From Antechinus flavipes (Eukaryota), in contig NC_067399.1 in assembly GCF_016432865.1 (NCBI RefSeq), positions 93,930,001 through 93,994,000 of the forward strand: 64,000 nucleotides of DNA, written 5' to 3'. The notes beneath the pieces are model-generated. The model was not told where the DNA came from and ran no database searches. It saw only the letters and a list, made by a program, of their open reading frames with translations. Positions 11,340 to 23,931 of this stretch are shown in pieces; within the stretch, counting starts at the first letter, position 1, and every line of letters begins with the position of its first letter. Position numbers and translations under genes: made by a program.

Positions 11340-13904
11340 GTAGTAATACTAATTTTGCAACTGTTTGAGTAATGTTTGTTCTGATAGGTGAGAAAATAGA
11401 AAATTATCTTTAAATAACTTAGAGGTAAGTATATCTCTAGATATATTATGTTTGTGTGTACATAGGTATACAAACATAACACCTCTAGTTGCCAAAATAT
11501 ATGCAATAATACAGCAACATGAACTTGGACCATGTACAGAGTGGCTATAATGATGTTAGCCAATCTTGTGGCTTAAGATCTGAAGCCATCTATCACATTT
11601 GTCAGTGTACTGGGATTTCTGAGTATATGTTAATAGGTTGTGTTAGCATGAGAGAGGTTTTAGTTCCTAGTATTAAATATCCAATATTCAAGAATATTTT
11701 CAACTTTTTATATCTTGACAGTAAAGACATGACTTTCCATGTGCCTTCTCAATGGGAGAGGAAAAGTCTAGAATTCAAAATTTTAAAAAACATGTTAAAT
11801 GGTTTAACATGTAACTGGGGGAGGAAAATATTAAATAATTAAAAATAAAATTTCCTCATTGCAAATTCCCTGCACCAAAATACATAAAATACAAAATACA
11901 TAGTGCACGTTGCTCAAACTTCCTTCAATAGAAACTCCGATTTTAAAAAGTCTCAGTCGTTGAATATTACTGTTGGAGAGAATCTTTTGAGTTGACCGAT
12001 TTAACATCTCTGGGTCTTCAATTGTAAAAGGAGCGGTTAGACTAGGTGCCTTAAGGTCTCTTTAAATGTATGATTAGTCAAGAAGCACTTATTAAGTAGT
12101 TGCTAAGCTAGATTCTGGAGGAAAAGGATAAAAACAAAATAATCCCTGCCTTCAAGAAGCATATCTTTTATTGGTGCATTTACGTATACAAAATAAATGG
12201 GCACTAATAACTGAAGGGATTAGGAAAGGCTTTGTGGAGAAAGTGAGGGAGCTGATTGTGAGGGATTACTAGGAATTTTAAGAATAAAGTTCATTTTAAT
12301 TATGGGGGCAGTTTTCATTGAAAAAATTGTTCATTTGAATTAATAGTCCACTAATCATTTATGATCAAAAGATGTTAAGTAAATTTTTAAAAAGTTAATT
12401 TGAAGTGGATATTTTTTGGTTTTCTTTAATATAGGACCATAAGGAAGTCCAAATGAGGAAATCTCTCTTTTATTATGTACATAGAGAATTGATCTGCATC
12501 TTACAGTTTTAGACAATTTCTTGGGGACATTAAAGAATGATGTGACATTCCCAGACTCACTTAGCAAATGTGTAATGGAAGGAAGGACTTGGAAGCACAA
12601 GTCTTCTTGACTCAATTGCTGGCTCTCTGTATGCTGGGATCTATTGCCTCTCATTTAAAGTATAAAGAATAATGAATTTAATAATTATCATTCTTTAAAA
12701 TTCCTAAATGTATTGATGTACCGACATTAAAAAATTGACTTAATCTTCATTTTATTTATGGTAAGGGTGGGAAGCAGTGATTACACAAATTTTTTTTAAA
12801 AGCAATTTCAATTTTTTGTGGGGAGGAATGGTGGGAGGAGGGGGAGAGTGAAGGTTTTATTTGATTTGGGGAATTAATAACAAAATACGAACTATTAGCA
12901 TTTTAGAGCTTTAGAAGTAAGTTTTCAATCATGGTTTGTAAAAATTCTTAAGAGTTGATAAATTTAAAATGGTTTCTCTTTTTTCTTGTGTTTTCCTCCC
13001 TCTCCCAGTTCCCTCCTTGTTCTTGGTCTCTGCCTCATGAACTGCTTGGGGTATTTATTTGTCCACTTACAGTATGGTCTGGTCTAGGACTTGATATTTT
13101 AACTCCTTCATTTTATGTGTCGAAAAAAGAAACATGGCAAAGTGGTTGCATCTTAATGTGAGAACTTGGGTTCAAGTTCATGCCTTTGACCCATATTGAG
13201 CAAACCACTTAGCCCCTAGGAAACTCTTGAGACCATGAGTTAGTTGCAAAAAAGGTGCCAGCCTATGTTGGTAGAGAGTTCTCTCATTCAGGATATCATG
13301 ATACTATTGAATTACATTCCTAATCCCTGTCCCTTCTTTTTGTAAATGAGAAAACTGAGCTCTACAGAGTAAAAGACTTACCCAAGTTTGCTTTAGCTGT
13401 TTAATCACAAAATTAGGGCTTGAAATCAGGTTTCTTGACTCTATTGTCTGCTATGTATACCACATAACTGTGTATATTGTATTACCTAATCTAGTTTATA
13501 AGTCTTAAGGGGCAGAGATATAAGTATCATAATTTAAAAACATTTAAATTAAAAAAAAAAACAGGAACAAGTAAATATGTAAATTCTTTGTTAAGGTCAG
13601 TTGCAGAAATAAAGAGAGGATAAAAGAAAATTGGCAACAGATGACCTTAAATACATACGCATGGTGAGGAGTGGAGGGGGAGAGACATTCCAATTTTAAG
13701 GCATTTTGATATCTGTAGAAACATTGAAAATGGACTTGTGTAGTGGGGAAGGTGTTCTTTCTAGTGGTTTTTTGTTGTTGTATCCCACTTTAATACCTTT
13801 AAAATAATGTGTATACCTTTAAAATAATGTGTGTGTTGCACACATTTATTTTTTTAATGTGCCAAAATTTATTTTGTTTTTAAATAGTCTCTTCTTTCTG
13901 ACAG

Positions 13905-16440
13905 GTGGCTATAGCTTCTGCATCAGATAATAGTGGAGAGGATCTAGAGAGTGAAGAGGAAGTGAGACCCAAGAGGCAGATGGCTAAGCGTAGCACAGCC
14001 CGGAACAAAAAAAGGAGAGTTGTTTCAGACTCGGAGAGTGACATTGGTGGCTCTGATGTAGAATTTAAGCCAGATACCAAGGAGGAAGGGAGCAGTGATG
14101 AAGCAAGCAGTGGAATGGGTGAAAGTGATAGTGACATGGACAGTCCTGTCAAAGCTGCCCCAAAACGGAAAAGAGGAACTGCTGTCAACAGCTCCCTCAA
14201 GAGGAAAAGTTTGGGAGGTTGTGCTTCTACTGTACCCAAACGAGTAGTAGGAGTTTCTTCAGAAACTAAGAACACTTTGAATGCTTTCTCTGCTCCACAG
14301 AACTTTGAGGCCCAAGCCCAAGTTAGTGGAGGTGGTGATGGGAGCTGTGGCTCTACTCAGTGGTACCATGAAACACTAGAATGGTTAAAGGAGGGAAAGA
14401 GGAAAGATGCATGCAGGAGGCGTCCAGATCATCCTGATTATGACCCAAACACTGTTCATGTTCCTGAGGATTTCCTTAATACCTGTACTCCAGGAATGAG
14501 AAGGTGGTGGCAAATCAAGTCTCAGAACTTTGACCTAGTAATCTTCTATAAAGTAGGGAAGTTCTATGAACTGTACCACATGGATGCAATCATTGGGGTC
14601 AATGAGCTGGGGCTAGTGTTTATGAAAGGCAATTGGGCCCATTCAGGTTTCCCAGAAATTGCATTTGGTAGATATTCAGATTCCCTGGTTCAGAAGGGTT
14701 ACAAAGTTGCTCGAGTTGAGCAGACAGAGACTCCTGAAATGATGGAAGCTCGCTGTCGAAAGTTGGCTCATATATCCAGATTTGATAGAGTGGTGCGGAG
14801 AGAAATATGCAGAATTATTACCAAGGGAACGCAGACTTATAGCGTGCTGGATGGTGAACCTTCTGAAAGCAACAATAAATATTTGCTATGTGTCAAAGAA
14901 AAAGAGGAGGAAGCTTCTGGTCACATGCGTCTGTATGGTGTTTGCTTTATTGACACTTCTGTGGGCAAGTTTTATATGGGTCAATTTTCAGATGACCGTC
15001 ATTGCTCCCGATTTAGGACTCTGGTGGCACATTATACTCCTGCACAAATATTGTTTGAGAAAGGAAATCTCTCTGCTGAAACAAGGAAGGTCCTGAAAGT
15101 GTCTCTATCTTCTTCCATTCAAGAAAGTCTGACTCCAGGCTCTCAGTTTTGGGATGCAGCCAAAACCTTGAGAACACTCCTTGAAGAAGGATACTTTAAA
15201 GAAAAGCTAAATGTGACTGATGGGGTAGTATTACCCCCTGTGCTTAAAAGCATGACATCAGAGTCTGACACCATTGGCTTAACCCCTAATGAGAAGAGTG
15301 AACTGGCATTGTCTGCTTTGGGTGGTTGTGTCTTCTACCTCAAAAAATGCCTTATAGATTATGAGCTTTTGTCTATGGCCAACTTTGAAGAATACATTCC
15401 TGTTGATGCTGATATGGTAAAAGCTGTAAAGCCTGGTGCCATCTTTGCTAAGAGAGATTGTCGAATGGTACTAGATGCTGTGACCCTAAGCAATCTGGAG
15501 ATTCTCCAGAATGCAGTAAATGGCTCCACTGAAGGGACACTGTTAGAGAGGATTGATAGTTGCTGTACTCCCTTTGGGAAGCGGCTCCTAAAACAGTGGC
15601 TTTGTGCTCCGCTTTGTAACCCATCCTCTATCAATGATCGTTTAGATGCAATGGAAGATCTCATGGCTGTGCCTGACAAGATTAGTGAAGTAGTTGACCT
15701 TCTGAAGAAGCTTCCAGACCTTGAGAGACTGTTGAACAAGATTCATAGTGTTGGCTCTCCACTAAAGAGTCAGAAGCATCCAGACAGCAGAGCCATAATG
15801 TATGAAGAAACCACTTACAGCAAAAAAAAGATTGTTGATTTCTTGTCCGCTCTGGAAGGATTCAAAGTGATGTGCAAGATTGTTGGGATTATGGAAGAAG
15901 TAGTAGATAATTTCAAGTCTAAAATCCTTAAGCAAGTTATTACACTCCGGACTCAAAATTCAGGGGGTCGTTTCCCTGAGTTGACCACAGAATTGAATCG
16001 ATGGGATACAGCCTTTGACCATGAAAAAGCTCGAAAGACTGGAATTATTACTCCTAAAACAGGATTTGACTCTGATTATGACCAAGCATTGGTTGATATT
16101 AAGGACAATGAGCAGAGCCTTTTAGACTATTTAGAGAAACAGCGCAAACGGATTGGCTGCAGGTCCATAGTCTATTGGGGTGTTGGGAAAAATCGTTACC
16201 AATTGGAAATTCCAGAAAGTTTCACATTGCATGATTTGCCAGGGGAATATGAACTAAAGTCCACCAAGAAGGGTTGTAAACGATACTGGACAAAGGACAT
16301 TGAGAAGAAGCTTGCTGATCTGATGAATGCTGAAGAACGGAGAGATGTATCACTGAAGGATTGTATGAGAAGACTCTTCTTTAATTTTGATAAAAATTAC
16401 AGGGACTGGCAGACTGCTGTGGAGTGCATTGCAGTGTTCG
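13905..16440 (+). CDS. MSH6: MSH6 coding exon 4 (MutS mismatch-binding, connector and core domains)
   Basis: acag|GTGGCT...GTGTTCG|gtaag; 2536 nt open frame; contains the Phe-X-Glu motif [11 protein letters not shown] and basic NLS-like RNKKRR and PKRKR. Confidence 0.99.
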
Positions 16441-18479
16441 GTAAGACTGGTGAATTATCTTTTTTTCAGGCCTGGGGAAATATTACTATCTTCTAAGTTA
16501 ATGCTTGTGATGCTGTTAGTTAGCAAGCAATTATTAAGTGCCTATTGTGTACCACTTTGGATATAAAAAAGGCAAGAGACAGCTGTTTTAAGGGGCTCCC
16601 AATCTATTGTTGACACAATCAATTGCTGCAAAGAGTAAGATTGTCATAGCAATAATACACTTAATTAGCATTAGTTTTAGACAGTTGCTTTTTACCTATC
16701 ATTTAAGCTTCATAGACACTAATGATAGATTTTGTAAAATATGCATAGCAGCCTTCTCTCTAGATAAAGGAAATAATTCCATTTCTGATAGCTGTATGAA
16801 TTTTCATGGAGAGTTTGTTACTAAACTAAATTGAGCACTTGATACACAATCAGAAGGGCAACTTCTCTTACAGGTCTTTTCTATTTCATAGGGCTTATGA
16901 CCCATATTTCTCCATATCCTTTGAATTAAAAAATCAAGGAATTTTTAGTGAGCAATCATTTCTTAATTCATTTTTTTTTTTTTTGTTTTCATGTAACTGG
17001 TTTTCTCTCAACAGATGAGGGTGTAGTGAAAAGACTATTATAGTAAAAAAAACTTGGCTTTTAGACCTAGTTCTCTGTCTTAATGTCCATAATAACCTTG
17101 GATTGTTAAGCCTCCACTTAGATGATCATTAAACTTTCTTGTAGCTCTAGAGCCCTATTATCATGTATAACTAATGTTATCTTAAAGATGCTTATTTGTA
17201 TAAATTTGTGGTTTATCTTCTACCTTTTTTATACTTGTCTCAATCTTGAGAAATTGAATTTGTTTGGTCGGATTTGGGGCTACTTATGTCTGCTTGATAT
17301 TGCTATCATAAGGTTAGGAACTTTTTCAATTTATTTCTCTTTGTAAAAAGTGTTTTTCTTTCTTAATGTCCAAACCTACCTATTATTTTATCTGTATAGG
17401 AAATACTTGATGTATTTTAATAATTTTAAGGCAGAGATGTCAAACATATGACCTGTTGACTACTTGTGTCCTTCAGCACTCTAAAGTGCAGCTCAAACCA
17501 GATTAAAATACAATGAGGAAATATTTAACTAAATAATAATATAACATGATATGTGATTTTTGAAGTATGCAGCTGCAGCCTACAGTATACACTACTAGAG
17601 GCCTGTTTCTTAAGAGATTAAAGCTCAAAAGGAGGACAGAAATTGAACCAGTTCTTCCTGACACTAAAGCTTCTTTAGCCTTCTAAATGCTAATTAACAT
17701 TTTTCTTTTAAAAATTCTTCTCCAATCTTATGACTTTAAATATTTTTAAAAATTAAAGTGTTACTTCTTAATAACTTCCCTTTTTATTGTAGTAGACGTT
17801 GCCAATAAACTGACAATGCATGTCTCATTCTATACCTTTAGTCCACCACCTATAAGGCAAGGCATGTTTCAACAATACCTCAGTTCTTTACAAAGTAATT
17901 GTTAAAGATTTTCCTCTTCCTTCAGCCTATCTAGTCATAACCTAATGCATTTATTTTTTTAAAAAAATACTTCATATTTCCTTATGAAAAGTAATAATTT
18001 TGTCAAATAAATATTTCTTGGCTTTTCTTCTATGAAATAGTGATTATTTTCAGTAAGGGAGGGGGTATTGAAATGACCTCTGCACTCCTTAGTGTTCTGT
18101 GATTCAGTGTGATCTCCCTCAAGTTTTTTGAGTGATCCAGGCTTCTGATCTTTTTTAAGCCTTGTTAATGGGAGCTGTTGGGTTCAAGGAATATTACTCC
18201 CTACTTAAAATTATATTCTTAGATGATATATAAAAACATTTTAAGTAGGAATTCCATTTTCTAGAAATTGTCAGTTGTGTGCTTTCAGAAGTATTTTCTG
18301 TTAATATAAAATGTATCTCATTAAGCTAATGAAAACTCTTTTTAAGTGATGGGGTTGTTAGATTTTAGATTGTCTCTGCTAGCTTTAAGTTGAGTTTCTG
18401 TATTAGACAAGAGTTTCCTTAATAAATTTGTTAACTGGAGCTGTTGCTTTTACCTTTTTTTTTTTTCTTTTTTTAATAG

Positions 18480-18754
18480 ACGTCTTATTATGCTTGGCCA
18501 ACTATAGTCGAGGTGGTGAAGGTCATATGTGTCGTCCAGTAATCCTAGTACCAGATGAGGAGACTCGACCCTTTTTAAAGCTTAAAGGATCTCGACATCC
18601 ATGTGTTACAAATAACTTTTTTGGTGATGATTTTATTCCTAATGACATTATGATAGGCTGTAAGGAAGAAGATTCAGAAGATGGTACCTGGGATGCTTAT
18701 TGTGTGCTGGTTACTGGACCAAATATGGGGGGCAAATCAACCCTCATGAGACAG
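18480..18754 (+). CDS. MSH6: MSH6 coding exon 5 (ATPase Walker A)
   Basis: aatag|ACGTC...AGACAG|gtaat; LKGSRHPC and [15 protein letters not shown]; 275 nt. Confidence 0.98.
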
Positions 18755-18782
18755 GTAATTAATCAGGCCCTAAGTATTCTTT

Positions 18783-19000
18783 CAGGGCAGCTAGCTGACA
18801 GTGAATAAAACCCCCTTGGACCTTAACTCAGAATTCAAATCTGGCCTCAAGACTCATACTAGTTGTGTGACCCTGGGCAAGTCATTTAACACTTGTTTGC
18901 CTCACAAATGATCTGGAGAGAGAAAATGGCAAACCATTCCATTGTCTTCCACAAGCAACTCCAAATGGGGTCTTGAAGAGTCAGGCATGACTGAAACAGT
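18783..19000 (+). mobile_element. CORE-SINE with an RTE/BovB-like tail (WALLSI-type)
   Basis: Head gggcagctag...gaattcaaatc; tail gaaaatggcaaaccattcc...gaagagtcaggcatgactgaa; starts about 28 nt after the exon-5 donor. Confidence 0.7.
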
Positions 19001-19462
19001 TTTTTCAGTATCATTAAAATATTCTGGATCCTTTATGCACTTCTCCTGTTCTTAATAATAATCTGTAAACATTGAGTATATTAAAAAGCAAATTGGTTTT
19101 ACATTTTAATTATTAACCCACAATATTTCCAATTAAATCTTTTGGTGTTTTGAGTATTTTTTTCCAGTTTTTACTGTGCCTTATACCTTAAAATGGGTAT
19201 AGTGAATGGTCATTAAGAACCTTTTTTTGACCATATGCAAGAGAATATGAATCATATTCTTTGAGAAGGGGCTGGGTAAAAAGTTAAGTTTTTGGGAAAA
19301 AGAAGCATTATGTTGGAACAAAGAATTTTACCTTAATTACCTATATGACCTTCAGGCAAATCATTTTTTAATTAGATGATCTAGAAAGTTCCATGATGTT
19401 CAGTTAAATATGTTTTTTCTTGGTTTTTAATGACATTGGGGGGGTGTTCTTAATGTTCACAG

Positions 19463-19580
19463 GCTGGTCTTTTGCTTATAATGGCTCAGATGGGCTGTTA
19501 TGTTCCTGCTGAAGTTTGTAGTTTCACACCAGTTGATAGAGTGTTCACTAGATTAGGTGCTTCAGACAGAATAATGTCAG
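19463..19580 (+). CDS. MSH6: MSH6 coding exon 6
   Basis: acag|GCTGGT...ATGTCAG|gtaag; [39 protein letters not shown]; 118 nt. Confidence 0.97.
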
Positions 19581-20063
19581 GTAAGTTAGTCTGTCTTGTT
19601 TAGCTATAAATTTTGTTTTACATTTTAGCTACCTAAAAGCTTTGAGGCTGTCCATTAAATTTGTCTTTTATTATTTCATACACACACATATACTTGTATA
19701 ATTGTTGTATAGTTATTGTATAAATAGGTTTTAAAGCTCTGGTGAAGGAAAGGAACTTAAATGCAAATAGATTGTAGTCCTACATAAGGAATCTTATTAA
19801 CTTGGACCAAGTACTACTGGTTTAAAATGCAGAGTAATGAGTTGCTCAGCAAAGTAATACTACTACAAAATGATTATTGGAAGTCAAATAAAAGGCTGGA
19901 CTTCTTAAGGCTAGGGGATGGGGGGAAGGAGGGCAGAGACACCTGAGATCTTGTCTTTCATGCAATTTTCAGTATAAGAATTTGGACATTACCACAACAT
20001 ATGTCTTGATCTTGTGGTTATTTCAATTTGGTCTTGACCATTGTCCATGTTTTTGCATGTCAG

Positions 20064-20153
20064 GTGAAAGTACCTTTTTTGTTGAAATGAATGAGACTGC
20101 CAGCATACTACAACATGCAACAGAACATTCCTTGGTGCTCATGGATGAACTAG
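20064..20153 (+). CDS. MSH6: MSH6 coding exon 7 (signature and Walker B)
   Basis: tcag|GTGAAAG...GAACTAG|gtaaa; [29 protein letters not shown]; 90 nt. Confidence 0.97.
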
Positions 20154-20220
20154 GTAAAATTCTAAGATTTAATTGGAGAGAGGAGACTTAAGAAAAAGAG
20201 TAGTTTGTGATCCTTCTTAA

Positions 20221-20460
<240 letters not shown>

Positions 20461-20495
20461 TAACCAAGTCATGAAAAATGTCATCCTAATTTTAG

Positions 20496-20696
<201 letters not shown>

Positions 20697-20839
20697 TAGG
20701 TTAATCATACAAAGTATACTTTGGAGAAGATACTGGGTATCTTATAATAAGAATTTGGACAAGATAATGGTGGGGAAAGCAAAGCAGAAAGCAAGAGGAA
20801 AATTCTTTTAAACAATTTTTTTTGTCTCTTTGTTTTTAG

Positions 20840-20921
20840 GGAAGTTTGTCTGGCTCTTGAAAATTCAGCTGCAGATATCCAGGCTATTCACAAGTTGTTG
20901 ACTTTGATCAAGGAAATATAA
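20840..20921 (+). CDS. MSH6: MSH6 terminal coding exon 10
   Basis: tttag|GGAAGTT...GAAATATAA; EVCLALENSAADIQAIHKLLTLIKEI*; 82 nt including stop. Confidence 0.95.
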
Positions 20922-20975
20922 AAGCTTCAGCAATTTCTGACAAAGGTGGTTAAAATTCAGACAACATTATGATCT

Positions 20976-20981
20976 AATAAA
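20976..20981 (+). terminator. MSH6: Poly(A) signal AATAAA for MSH6
   Basis: Canonical hexamer 55 nt after the stop codon, followed by a T-rich tract. Confidence 0.8.
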
Positions 20982-20982
20982 C

Positions 20983-20988
20983 TTTATT
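20983..20988 (-). terminator. FBXO11: Poly(A) signal AATAAA for FBXO11 (distal)
   Basis: TTTATT on + strand, about 1.16 kb downstream of the FBXO11 stop on the - strand. Confidence 0.7.
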
Positions 20989-21028
20989 TTTTAAAAATGA
21001 CCATTTTTTCCATTTTCTTTCCTAGGAA

Positions 21029-21044
21029 ATTAAACCCTTTTAAT
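21029..21044. terminator. Second opposed pair of variant poly(A) signals: ATTAAA (+, 21029-21034) and ATTAAA (-, 21039-21044)
   Basis: Sequence reads attaaa-ccct-tttaat. Confidence 0.4.
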
Positions 21045-21452
21045 TCTTACCTACCCTCTACATAATGGTTATTGAATACTTCACAATATATTAAGTCTAG
21101 ATGTTATGGTACATGCATATACTTTCAGGCTGTTTGATTACCCACTGTCACCAATACACATAAATGGGGGGGAGGGGAAGCTATGAAACTGTATAGGGCT
21201 GTATATATACTTGTCTCAGCTTCATTAGAGCAGGAAATTGTTTTAATTTCCAGCAGTTATATCTAGACTGTTCAAAAAAAAACTATGAACAGATTAAAAT
21301 ACAGGACTGTTTTGAGGAGACTTTCTAAAGTGTACTTTAAAACATAGTAGGCTTTACCTTTCACAAAATTAGTTACAAGAATACTTTGTTTTACAGTGCA
21401 TCCCTTCCTAGGAAGTCTCATTAAAACACTCACTTTTTCTAGGGGTGATTTG

Positions 21453-21630
21453 NNNNNNNNNNNNNNNNNNNNNNNNNNNNNNNNNNNNNNNNNNNNNNNN
21501 NNNNNNNNNNNNNNNNNNNNNNNNNNNNNNNNNNNNNNNNNNNNNNNNNNNNNNNNNNNNNNNNNNNNNNNNNNNNNNNNNNNNNNNNNNNNNNNNNNNN
21601 NNNNNNNNNNNNNNNNNNNNNNNNNNNNNN
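21453..21630. other. N-run of 178 nt (gap or masked sequence) in the FBXO11 3'UTR
   Basis: Directly visible. Confidence 1.
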
Positions 21631-21837
21631 AAGTACAATTTTGCTTGAAATTAAAAACAAACTACATGAGATTAAAGCATTAAAATCATATCTCAATCTG
21701 AATACATGTTAAAAAAAATCAAAAATGCAGAAGTGCTAGCTCACATTTTTTTTTTTTTTACCATATTACAAAAGCAATTGGTACCCATGTCCATAAAAGC
21801 AGCAACAATGCTGCCTGTCTACTTAATAGTACTACTG

Positions 21838-21980
21838 NNNNNNNNNNNNNNNNNNNNNNNNNNNNNNNNNNNNNNNNNNNNNNNNNNNNNNNNNNNNNNN
21901 NNNNNNNNNNNNNNNNNNNNNNNNNNNNNNNNNNNNNNNNNNNNNNNNNNNNNNNNNNNNNNNNNNNNNNNNNNNNNNNN
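21838..21980. other. N-run of 143 nt (gap or masked sequence) in the FBXO11 3'UTR
   Basis: Directly visible. Confidence 1.
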
Positions 21981-22149
21981 TCCTGAGTCATTATATTGCC
22001 ACTTTCTTTTTGGTAGGTTGAGCTTCATAGTGTCAACACCTTACACTTCCATTTTACAGTCTCTTCCTGCAGAAATGGGCAAGTATCTTCCTCCAAAAGT
22101 TTTTAATAGTTTTAAGTCAGAATGGCAGAACTCTCCTTGGAGAAGGAAT

Positions 22150-22474
<325 letters not shown>

Positions 22475-22915
22475 TTAAATACAAATTAGTTATGGATACA
22501 GACAAATTCACCTTTTATGACTGAATTATCTGATCGATGAACTGAAGGACTAAAAGGCATATTTAGTTTCTAGAATGCCTCACCACCTAAGAAGTATGGT
22601 ACTCTGCTTGTTTCTTTAAAAATTTAGTCTGAAATCAGTTTAATCAGAAAATGGTGTAGTAGAAAGATAATGCTGTCTTATTCCTAGCACACAAGAATCA
22701 AAGCCTAATCTATTGTAAACTCTGCTCATTACAAAGAATTGGAACATTGATAAGAACTAGATTGGGGGCCTGACTGGATCAAGTCCAGAACTAGATCAGA
22801 TCTGTTTGATCAAGAACATTTTCCTAATCCAGCTGGAGGGGGCACCATTGTTGAGGGTAGGACCCACCCCCCTGAAGGTTTAGGACAAAGGAGAGGGACC
22901 CAGTTTAGGAAATTA

Positions 22916-23155
<240 letters not shown>

Positions 23156-23222
23156 TCAGGGTAAACTTGCTAAGGAAATTTTTGACTTTGGAAACTACTT
23201 TTTACTTTAAAAATGTACTTTA

Positions 23223-23435
<213 letters not shown>

Positions 23436-23784
23436 TTAAGGGAAGTATTTGTTGAATACAAAAAATAAAATGCATTCATTTTTACAGTATGTCATTTATG
23501 GTGATAAGCTATACAATAAGGGATGACTGCAAAATGACAGCATTCACTGAGCAAACTGAATGGTGAAGAGAAAAAAGTAGTCCAAAAGGTAAATGAGATT
23601 AACAGCTAAGATTATATATTAATCAGACAAAGGCCAATTTTAAAAAAACCATTTAATAAAACACTTTAACAAAGCATTAGTTTTTGGTATATACCCTTAA
23701 ATTAAAGGTGAAGCCTCAAAGGTTAAAGACTAGAACACTACAAGAAAAACTACCAACTACAAGAACTGTGGTTTTGCAGTTTTA

Positions 23785-23931
<147 letters not shown>

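Noticed and set aside
13880-15739. Antisense and alternate-frame ORFs (131, 104 and 126 aa) overlapping MSH6 exon 4
   Set aside because: These are shadow ORFs expected from codon structure; they have no recognisable domains or independent signals.
13905-16496. 863-aa ORF as a complete intronless gene
   Set aside because: It is MSH6 exon 4. The start is a GTG right after a splice acceptor, and the last 18 codons are read-through past the donor at 16441.
22740-22910. GC-richer patch in FBXO11 intron 21 with a 10-bp direct repeat (agaactagat) and short inverted repeats
   Set aside because: Too short and unstructured to assign; probably a decayed repeat fragment.
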